Position numbers and translations under genes: made by a program. The notes beneath the pieces were generated by a model that searched no databases, had not been told where the DNA came from, and saw only the letters and a list, made by a program, of their open reading frames with translations. A stretch of 14,483 nt of DNA, from positions 1-14,483 of the forward strand of contig JBHGNT010000867.1 of NCBI GenBank assembly GCA_043228905.1, in the 5' to 3' direction. This DNA is from Azolla caroliniana. Taxonomy: Eukaryota; Plantae; Polypodiophyta. This document shows positions 1 through 9,384 of this stretch, piece after piece (position 1 is the first letter of the stretch; each line of letters opens with the position of its first letter).

Positions 1-2730
1 ACCGGTTGGTGTCCACATTAGCCGAAATGTCCGAATCCGTGAATCCGTCAAGTTGGGGTTTACCTTAGCTGAATCGGAGGCACATACTCAAAGTGCCCTT
101 CAGATACCGAAGTATCCATTTTACTGCATTCCAGTGCTCCTTGCCGGGATTTCTCATGAACCGGCTCACCACTCCTACTGCGTATCCAATATGTGGTTGG
201 GTACACACCATTGCGTACATCAAGCTCCCAACTGCAGAGACATATGGAATCTTCATCATATCCGCCTTCTCTGCCTTTGTCTTCGGGCTTTGCTTACTGG
301 ATAATCTGCAGTTTTCTGGGAGTGTCGATTTGACCGGTTTTGCTTTTGACATGTTAAACCGCTGAAGCACATTTGTCACATACTTTTCCTGTGATAGCCA
401 CAATTGCTTCTTCGACCGGTCCTGGATGATATGCATCCCCAATATCTATCTTGCCGGACCCAAGTCTTTCATTGAGAAGGTCCAGTTCAGAGCCTTCTTC
501 AACATCCGTATCTTGACTTGGTCTCATCCGACGATCAACATGTCGTCCACGTACAGGAGGAGTATCAAAAAGTCTCCACCTTCGAACTTCTTCACAAATA
601 CGCAGTGATTGGTCTACGTCTTGTGGTACCCTTGATCGGTCATGAAGGAGTCGAACTTCTGGTACCATTGCTGGGGAGCCTGCTTCAAACCATAGAGGCT
701 CTTCTTCAACCGGCAAACCAGGTGCTCCTTCCCTATCTTCACAAATCCCTCTAGTTGCTGCATGTAGATCCCCTCTTCGACGTCGCCATGGAGGAATGTC
801 GTCTTCACGTCTAACTGCTCTACCTCGAGGTCCATGCTTGCCGTTATTAAATACCGTCCGGATGGAAGTCGTCTTTACTACCAGGGCAAAGATCTCATCG
901 AAGTCCACTCCTTTCTTCTGCTGGAAGCCCTTCACCACAATTCAAGCCTTATACCTTGGTGGATTTCAGGCGTCTCCCGGTTTTAGCTTGTACACCCACT
1001 TGTTCCGGAGTTCCCTCTTTCCTTTCGGCAACTCCACCAATTCGTATGTGTGGTTCTCATGTAGGGAATCCATCTCGTCCTGCATGGCACTCAACCACTT
1101 GCGGATGTGGGTGTCTCCCCTTGCTTCTTCAAAGCTTTCCGGCTCCCCCTCATCGGTTAACAACACAGGCTCTGCATCCGGAAATCTTTGGGGGGCTCTT
1201 CTCTCCCGAAGAGGATATCTCCGACTTCAGTTTTCGGTAACCGGCTCTTGCGTCTGTTCTTCATCCGAATCTGGTTCGGGATCATGGCCAATTCTTGTTC
1301 CAACTTCCTCTTCTTCTTCTTCTGCCGGTTCGGTATCCTCAACGTAACCGGCTGATTCTTCGAGTGTCGGCCGACTCTTAGCCGGGTAGGTCCGAATCTC
1401 ATCGAACCGATCCTTACCGGTCGACTCAGAGTTCATTATCTTCTTCTCCGAGTCCTAGTCGGCAAGGGTCTTGTCCTCCATGAAGGTAATATCTCGACTC
1501 CAGAACATCTTCTTGTTGACGGGGCCCCACACTCTGTAACCGAACTCATCATCGCCATATCCGAGGAATATGCAAGGCCGGGACGTTGGATCCAACTTTA
1601 CTCTCCGGTCCTTTGCCACATGCACGTAAGCGAGACACCCGAGCACCTTCAGATGACAGTAAGACACTTCCTTACCGGTCCACACTCTCTGCGGCGTGTC
1701 TCCATCCAAGGGTACTAAGGGTGATATGTTTATCACGTATGTCGTTGTCGTCAGCGCCTCAGCCCAAAACGTCTTAGGTAACTTGGCATGTGCTAGCATA
1801 CTCCAGACTCTCTCCATTATGGTCCGGTTCATCCTCTCAGCCAGCCCATTGAGTTCCGGCGTCTTCGGCATGGTAAATTCGAGCCGGATTCCCTTCAAGC
1901 GGTAGTACTCCTCGAACTACCCCCGGTATTCTCCTCCGTTATCTGCTCGAACCACTTTAAGCTTCCAGCCGGTTTCTCTTTCCACTCTCGCATGGAGCTC
2001 CTTGAAGACGGATAACACCTGGTCCTTCATCTTCAGCGGCGAGACCCACAACTTCCGGTTGTGGTCATCTATGAACATCACGAAGTACTACGATCCGGCA
2101 TGTGACTTCGTGTCCACTTGACACACATCGGTATGCATCAGCTCTAGTGGTGCATTTCGTCTCATCGGTGGTCTTGATCGGAAGGAGGTTCGGTTTTTCT
2201 TGTCGGCCAAGCAATCGGTGCACTTCTCAAGTTGCACGTCCTTCACCGGAATGAGGTTGTCTTCGGCAAGCCTCTTCATCCCCTTCTCACTCATGTGACA
2301 CAGTCTTTTGTGCTACAGCTCACCGGCAGTGTTGGATGCTACGTTCACTTCTTCCCGGCATATCCGGACATTCATCAAGTACAATGTGTTGACCTTCCAT
2401 GATCGAGCCACTATTAAGCTCCCTTTGCAGAACTTCATGACACCATTCCGGATGCTACTTGTGTAGCCTTCATCATCTAGCCAATCGGCTGATATCAAGT
2501 TCAGTCGAACCTCCGGAACATGTTGGACATCCTTGAGCAGCAACTTGCATCTGGTTGACGTCGTCAACAGCACATCTCCTATGCCGATAATTCTGCATGT
2601 CCCTTCATTCCCCATGCGGACACAGTCGTGCTCACCCGCCGTGTAGGATGAGAAGCATTTCCGGTCCGGGGTGAGGCTGAACGACACTCCAGAGTCGACA
2701 ACCCACATTGTCTCATCGACGGCAAGAATG
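1..2730 (-). pseudogene. pol: Degenerate pol of element A (protease, integrase, RT, start of RNase H)
   Basis: Protease MWVVDSGVSF; integrase HTDV and TPELNGLAERMNRTIMER; [25 protein letters not shown] and YVDD (542-553); RNase H start GFTDSDISANVD at 1-50. Many stops and frameshifts split it into the ORF-track fragments. Confidence 0.95.
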
Positions 2731-3028
2731 GGATCGGAGGAGAAATACGCGTACACACAGACAACAAGAAACAAGAGAGAGTGCACAGGATGTTTATGTG
2801 GAAAACCCTAAACGGGAAAAACCATGGGAGCCCACAAGCTCCAAACTATCACTATGTCTAAGAGGAATACAATAGGGGAACACAGAGTCAATGACCTCGT
2901 GCTCACAATCTTCACCTGGCGGCGGTTACAACAAAGACTCTCTCTCTCTCTCTCTCTGTACAACTGTTACAACAATATACAATCAACACCAAAAAATATA
3001 TGTATATGTCTTTGTTTGCCCTAGGTCA

Positions 3029-3036
3029 TATTTATA
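3029..3036 (-). promoter_or_regulatory. TATA box of LTR A
   Basis: TATAAATA on the minus strand, downstream of the U3 repeats. Confidence 0.6.
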
Positions 3037-3148
3037 CTAATATGACCTTCAGGCTATTTACAAATAAAGCCACAATGGGCAAACAGGAACATATTTACAT
3101 ATATGTCCCTTCATCTGACGAGAGGTTCTCACCGAGCCTACGTCATTC

Positions 3149-3304
3149 GGTTCTCACCAGGTCTTCCTTGCTGGGTACCCATCATCCGGTTCTCACCAGG
3201 TCTTCCTTGCCGGGTAACCATCATCTGGTTCTCACCAGGTCTTCCTTGCTGGGTACTCATCATCCGGTTCTCACCGGGTCTTCCATTGCCGGGTACTCAT
3301 ATCC
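3149..3304. repeat. Four ~39-bp tandem repeats in U3 of LTR A
   Basis: Unit ggttctcaccaggtcttccttgctgggtacccatcatcc starts at 3149, 3188, 3227 and 3266, with a partial copy at 3124. There are no spacers. Confidence 0.95.
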
Positions 3305-3330
3305 CATCCGGAGGGACCGAAATCCTAACA

Positions 3331-3531
3331 GGTACAACCACCCGGCTTCGAATCCAACATTCATCCGAAAGTCGTCTGCCAATTCAAGAAGCCTCTCTAT
3401 GGCCTTAAGCAAGCGTTGTGTGTTGGGCATTCAAAGATAACGCAATATCTTCATCAAATCGGCTTTCGAATGTCGAAATCCGACAACTCCCTCTACGTAC
3501 GAAATGACTCTGAAAGCCCGATTGTCATCAT
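3331..3531 (+). pseudogene. pol: RT fragment of host copia element C, stranded between insertions A and B
   Basis: Translates as VQPPGFESNIHPKVVCQFKKPLYGLKQA...IGFRMSKSDNSLYVRNDSESPIVI and continues in frame as ILYVDDLVIGGE after element B. Confidence 0.92.
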
Positions 3532-3943
3532 TGTTGAGCGGCAAGCTCAACCCGATCCGGATCGGCTAAATAAGCCTGAGCCGGATCGGTGAGCCGGTGA
3601 GCAAGTAAGCCAGTGAGCTAGGGAGCCGGTTAGCCGGATCCAGCAGTAATCGGAAGCCTAGTAGCAGCCTAGATGGCTAGGTAGTTAATGACTCGTAGTT
3701 AGTGTCAGACGCTCGTGTGAGAATTGAAGTACACTGTACTTTTGTCAATCCTCTTAGCACTTGTATAAATAGTGTTGTTGAAGCATGTTGTAAAGAGAGG
3801 GAGAACTATTATTGTTTTGGAATAGATTATTTTGTTCTGCTCATTCTCTTTCTCTCCCGCGTACACTCTGTGTTTCTCTCTCTCTATTTGTTACTACCCG
3901 GCGGAGCCGGTTTGTTTCACGCTTCCTCACCTTCGTTTTTGCA
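3532..3943 (+). repeat. 5' LTR of element B (412 bp)
   Basis: tgttgagcgg...cgtttttgca; TATAAATA at 3764-3771; about 90% identical by eye to 8970-9384. Confidence 0.97.
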
Positions 3944-3955
3944 TGGTATCAGAGC
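3944..3955 (+). promoter_or_regulatory. Primer-binding site (tRNA-iMet) of element B
   Basis: TGGTATCAGAGC directly after the LTR's terminal CA; the canonical plant iMet PBS. Confidence 0.97.
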
Positions 3956-6900
3956 GTGAGGGTTGAGAACCTCTACAGCCGACATCAGCATCTGAAGACA
4001 AACCCTAAGACCCGGTAAAAAGAAAAAGAGAAGTGATGGACAGAGGAATGGCTAGCTCGCTCCCGGTGGAGAAGCTCGACAGATCCAACTATGCATTTTG
4101 GTCATACAAGATGCACCAGTACCTACTTGGGCATGGTTACTGGAGCTATGTCGACATAGCTAATGACACAACACTTGATGCAGCACACAAGGACTTCCCA
4201 GTGTGGGAACAAGCGGCAAGCAGAGTTATGTACTGCTTTGCGTTTAGTGTCGGAGACCAGCTGTTGAGCCATGTCCGAGATGCCAAGACGCCAAAAGAAT
4301 CTTGGGGAAACCTGAAGAAGGTTTTCGCGGCAAGCACTACGGCCCAGAAGCTGCAACCCTGACAGGAGTTGAGCAATGTCCGATAGAAGGACATATCGGT
4401 AGCCAATTACATGGTCCGAATCAAAGAGATATGTGTCTCACTTGCCTCTATCAATGTCACTATAGAGGAAGATGAGATGGTGTAGATCTGTCTTGGGGGC
4501 CTAGCGTCTAAGTTCAGAGCGTTCCGAACGGCGGTATGTACAAGGGAGAATACGCTGTCATTTTTCGACTTATAGTCGATGCTCCTTGTAGAGGAGAACC
4601 ACGTTGGTGCGTCAACAAGTGCACCCACCGACAGTCGGATGTTGTACACGGAGGCGGATCGGCCCCATGGGCATGGTGGACAAGGCAGGTCGGCTCGCAA
4701 CGGTAGCGGCCGGCAAGTGCAGGACCAAAGGCACAGAGAACGTGCCGATAGCAGTTCTGGACCCTCCACAAGCAGGGGGAGTCAAGGCGACGCCGGAGGC
4801 TGACAAGCCAAGGCCGACACGGAATGCTGGTATTTTGGTAAAAAGGGCCATAGAGAAAGCAAATGCTGGAAGAAGCGCGCCGATTCAGACAGATCCGGAT
4901 CCAGCAAGGCCGGTAGAGAGAACTGACAATACTCGCACTTCGCAGAAGGATCGGGAGGATCCAAAACCGGAAAAGTCGGTAAAGGGCCAACCTTGGTGAT
5001 GAAACACGAGGCTAACTCAATGAAGAAGACCACTTTCAAATCGGAGGAAGTGTGGTACGTTAACTCCGGTGCGTCGAATCACATGACCAGCCACAAGGAG
5101 TGGTTCTCTTTCCTGGAGAAACCGGAACAACAGGGAGTTGTCGAAATCGGAGACGACACTCCTCACCCAATCATGCATGTCGGAGAAGTCCCTTTGAGCC
5201 ACGTCGGACAAACAGGGAAGCTGATGAACGTATTACACGTTCCGACTTTCACGAAGAACCTGGTGTCAGTTGGACAGATTGTCGACCAAGGGATGCAGGT
5301 GAGGTTTACGCACCTTGGGTGCTTCATCGAGGAAGAGGGCCAAATCATCGCGCAAGGGCGCAGAGACGGGAGGATGTTTATCCTCGACACCAATGACGTC
5401 AGAACCGCTTTGTACGCAAAAGGACAGAAGATTGAATCGGATATCAATCTCTCACACAAGCGGATCAGCCACGTCAATTATCGAAGGCTTCAAGACCTAC
5501 AATCGAAACAAGTCATTTTCGGTTTGGTGAAACTTTGCAGCCGGAAGGCCGAAATTTGTGAAGCCTACCAACTCAGGTAGCAACACCGGCTTCCATTCCC
5601 CACCGAATGAAACCGTAGCCATAACAACCTCGACCTTATTCATTCAGATGTATGGGGATCGACACAAAATGTTAGTCTTGGCAGGAGTCGGTATTTCGTA
5701 TCCTTCATCGACGACTACAGTCGGCATACGTGGATCTACCTCATTGAGTGGAAGAGCGAAGTCTTCGAGTGTTTTCGGACCCTGCAAAGACTGGTTGAAC
5801 GAGAAACAAAGAGGAATATCAAGTGCCTGCGGTCGAATGGCAGGAAAGAATACTTATCCGGCCAATTCAACAGTTATCTGCAGTAGAACGGAATTCAGAG
5901 AGAATTCAGCTACAGGTACACACCAGAGGAAAACGGTGTGGCCAAAAGGAAGAACCGGTCGATTGTCGACGCAGCAAGGGCAATGCTAGAGGAGAAGAGC
6001 ATGCCCCATTTCTATTGGGTTGAGGCAGTCTGGATGGCTCTCTACATCCAAAACCGGATCGCTGACAAGGTGTTCGCGCATGAACTGTATTTTGGGCGCA
6101 AGCCGAATCTGAGACACCTTCAGATATTCGGTAGCATTGCGTATGTGAATGTGTCGAATGAGAAGCGGAGGAAGTTGGATGCAAAGTCGGACAAATGCAT
6201 CCTGGTCGGTTACTCGCATGAGCAAAAGGGGTATAAGTGTTATAACCCCTGGACGAAGTAGGCCCAAGTTAGCCGGGATGTTGAGTTTGATGAGACAGCA
6301 TCATGGTATGCCTTACCGGCTCCGACTTCCGACCCCGACCCGATACTAGAGGATGAGGCTAGTGAGCCTAAACCGGTCCAGTTAGAAGACGAAGGGTTCG
6401 AGACTCTAGATGTGAGTCCGGAATCATTTCGGTTGAGTGGACTAAATGAGTGGCTGAGTCGGGATGACCAGTCGGATGAGGAACCAGCGAGTAGTGGAGA
6501 CTCAGTCGTGCTCTCCCCGCGCAAGGAACCGAGGAGACGGTTCACGCGCAAAGAGAAGGGGAAGAAGCAAATGCTAGAATACAAAACCGGCAACGTTGAG
6601 TCGGATCGGAGCGAATCCGACTTCGGAAAGGATGAAGGCAGATTTTCAAGAACAAAGTTCGAACCGGCCAAGAAGGGCCTCAAACCGGGTAACGATAAGA
6701 TACGCCGATCTTCCTGCCAGAAGAACCCCGTGAAGCGGTACGGGTACAATGAGTACATGGCGCATCATTATGCGTACATGACTAAGGTGGCGGAAGTGCA
6801 TGAGCCGGAGAGCTACGCAGAAGCAGCAAAGGACGCCAATTGGCGTGCCGCTATGGAGGAAGAAATGCGGGCACTTGATGCCAACGACACATGGGACCTA

Positions 6901-8335
6901 GTTGACCCTCCCCGATACTGTAAACCGATCGGATGTAAGTGGGTGTACAAGGTAAAGTATAATGATGACGGTTCGGTTAACCGGTACAAGGCCCGGTTAG
7001 TGGTGAAGGGATACGCGCAGACCCACGAAATCGACTACGACGAGACCTTCGCTCCGGTAGCGAAGATGACGATGGTTCGTGTGGTGTTGGCAGTTGCTGC
7101 GGCAAGGGGGTGGTATCTTCACCAGATGGACGTGAAGAATGCATTTCTTCAAGGTGAACTTGAAGAAGAGGTCTTTATGACCCAATCCCCCGGTTTCCAG
7201 TCGAAGATGAACAAGTCAGCGGTATGCCGGCTGAAGAAGTCACTTTATGGCCTGAAGCAAGCCCTCGAGCTTGGAATGTGAAGATCACGCACCGGTTGCG
7301 TAAGATGGGGTTTGCAGCCTCCAAGTCCGACTCTTCGTTGTTCATCCGGCAAGGTTCGGATGGTCCGGTTTGCATCTTACTGTATGTTGATGATCTAGTC
7401 ATCACCGAACCTGAACTTGATGGAATCAGCCGAGTCAAGTCCCAGCTATCGGAAGCATTTGAGATGAAGGACCTAGGGGACCTTCACTATTTCCTTGGGA
7501 TCGAGGTGATCCAAACCCTCTACGGCATATTGCTCTCACAAAGACACTATGTGTTGAATGTGTTGTACAAGTTCGGCATGGCAGAATGCCGACTGATCTC
7601 CACACCCCTAGACCGGAACCTGAAGCTCCGTCCCGACTTCGGACTGGCCTACAATGAGAAGCGGTTCCAACAAATCGTTGGAAGCCTTATATATTTGACA
7701 ATCACCCGACCCAACATCAATTATCCGGTCGGCGTGATCAGCCAATATATGCAGAAGCCGACCGTGGAGCACCTTCTGTGCACGCATCGAATTTTGCGAT
7801 ATGTGAGCGGCACGAAGGACCGAGGATAGTTATACCGGCATGGTATAACCGAAGAGCTAGTCGGCTACACCGATGCTAACTAGGCCGTCGATGCATCAGA
7901 TCGTTGATCCACCTCCGGCTATATGTTTTCCCTTGGTAGCGCAGCTATTGCATGGAGTAGCAAAAAGCAGCCAACAGTGGCCCTTTCGAGCATTGAGGCT
8001 GAATACCGGGGCCCTATCGTTGCCACCTGTGAAGCCATTTGGCTTCGGCGCCTGCTGCAAGACCTGCGTATCGAGGTGCCGACCTCGATCCTAATCTACT
8101 ACGACAACATAAGCAGCATGTAGCTCGCCAAGAACCCCGTATTCCATGCTCACACAAAGCACATAGAAGTGCACTACCACTTCGTGCGTGAGTGTGTCCT
8201 GAGCGGTGAAGTCGAACTTTGGTATGTTCATACGGATCAGCAAGTTGCCGACATCTTCACCAAACCGCTCGAATCGGACAAGTTGTAGCACTTCATCAAA
8301 ATGCTTGGTGTTCAACATCTCGACATGCCACACTT

Positions 8336-8344
8336 GAGGGGGAG
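8336..8344 (+). other. Internal PPT-like copy at the end of RNase H of element B
   Basis: cttGAGGGGGAG, identical to the terminal PPT but 625 bp upstream and not followed by an LTR. Confidence 0.7.
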
Positions 8345-8960
8345 AACGGGCAAAGACATCGGAATGGGCAAATGCAAAGATACTGTCGATTGCGTCAGTG
8401 AGGGAAGAACCGACAAAGGGTGAGAAATGAAGAAGAAAGGAGCCGAGTCGACAAAGAAAATTGACACATTCGAACAAGTCAGAACAAGCGGCAGTGGTGG
8501 CAGAGTCAAGAAGGATAGAGCCAACCGGAAGAAGAAGGCCAAGACCCGGACATGGTCCAATGTGGTGAAGGGCTTGAAACCGGAAGATGAATCAAGAGCG
8601 ACCAATTCGGACAAGAGCTGGAACGAATCGGAGACAGCCGATTCGGTTCAACAGACGGATTCAGAAGAACCGGATCAATTGAAGATCAAGCGGACGAGAA
8701 GGCAGCGGAAGTCGACGCCAACACGAAGGAACCGGCGGGTCGACAAGCACCGAAGTCACAGCTGCGAGGGAGCTGAATTGGGCCTGTTGAGCAGACAAGC
8801 CGACCGAGGAGGTCGATGTGCGTAGAATCAGAAGGGTCGCGGCAAACAGAACCGGACCGGACGAGGAGCGCGAGCGAGGTGGAGTGACGCCAAAAGGAGC
8901 CGGGTGGAAGGACCGACTGCCATGGAAACTGACACTACGATCCGACCTCAAGTTGAGCTT

Positions 8961-8969
8961 GAGGGGGAG
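8961..8969 (+). other. Polypurine tract of element B
   Basis: GAGGGGGAG directly before the TG of the 3' LTR. Confidence 0.95.
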
Positions 8970-9384
8970 TGTTGAGCGGCAAGCTCAACCGGATCCGGAT
9001 CGGTATCCGGAAGGATGAGCCGGATCGGTGAGTTGGTGAGCAAGTAAGCCGGTGAGTTGGGGAGCCGGTTAGCCGGATCCAGCAGTAACCAGAAGCCTTG
9101 TAGCAGCCTAGACTGCTAGGTAGTTAATGACTCGTAGTTAGTGTCAGACGCTCGTGTGAGCATTGAAGTACACCGTACTTCTGTCAGTCCTCTTAGGACT
9201 TGTATAAATAGTGTTGTTGAAGCATGTTGTAAAGAGAGGGAGAACTATTATTGTTTTGGAATAGATTATTTTGTTCTGCTCATTCTTTGTCTCTTCCGCG
9301 TACACTCTGTGTTTCTCTCTATCTCTGTCTATTGCTACCTGGCGGAGTCGGTTTGTCTGACGCTTCCGCACCTTCGTTTTTGCA
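8970..9384 (+). repeat. 3' LTR of element B (415 bp)
   Basis: Homologous to 3532-3943 and followed by the TSD ATCAT. Confidence 0.97.

Larger units (their letters stand above)
1..3330 (-). mobile_element. Ty1/copia LTR retrotransposon A (Tnt1/Tork-like), internally deleted (no PBS/gag); 3' end lies off the left edge of the window
   Basis: Minus-strand order is LTR (starts TGTTAGGATT at 3330), protease, integrase, RT, RNase H, i.e. the copia domain order. Motifs EGEPESFEEA and KIPYVSAVGSLMYAMVCT resemble Tnt1-type pol. The right flank is the RT of element C. Confidence 0.92.
2731..3330 (-). repeat. 5' LTR of element A (~600 bp, 3' end clipped)
   Basis: Begins TG at 3330 on the minus strand. 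U3 tandem repeats, TATAAATA at 3036-3029, a (GA)n tract at ~2938-2957, and a U5-like GGTTTTTCCC...GGGTTTTCCAC motif (~2807-2823). No terminal CA or PBS before the protease sequence. Confidence 0.8.
4036..8975 (+). pseudogene. gag-pol: gag-pol polyprotein of element B (core ends ~8344, possible in-frame tail to 8975)
   Basis: Gag KLDRSNYAFWSYKM; damaged zinc knuckle CWYFGKKGHRESKC (~4825-4866); protease WYVNSGAS (D>N); integrase HSDVWG, FIDDYSR and ENGVAKRKNR; [13 protein letters not shown] and YVDD (7383-7394); RNase H YTDAN, EAEY and ADIFTK. More than ten premature stops and a 1-bp frameshift near 7263. Confidence 0.95.
3532..9384 (+). mobile_element. Full-length Ty1/copia LTR retrotransposon B (non-functional), nested in the RT of element C
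   Basis: Two TG...CA LTRs, 5-bp TSD ATCAT (3527-3531 and 9385-9389), PBS, PPT and gag-PR-INT-RT-RH order. Confidence 0.97.

Noticed and set aside
53-2767. Plus-strand and alternative-frame ORFs over element A (e.g. 796-1347)
   Set aside because: They are antisense or shifted shadows of the pol pseudogene with no recognisable domains.
2313-2786. 157-aa ORF with a hydrophobic signal-like N-terminus fused to protease
   Set aside because: It starts at GTG inside the CT-rich LTR U5 and exists only because of the deletion junction; nothing suggests it is translated.
3149-3304. 39-bp repeats as a CRISPR array or repeat-protein gene (ORFs 3000-3440, 3103-3408)
   Set aside because: The units are contiguous with no unique spacers, there are no cas genes, and the context is a eukaryotic LTR. 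The ORFs are by-products of a unit length divisible by 3.
8427-8825. env-like gene downstream of pol
   Set aside because: It has no hydrophobic or transmembrane segment and is in frame with pol, so it is treated as a possible pol tail.
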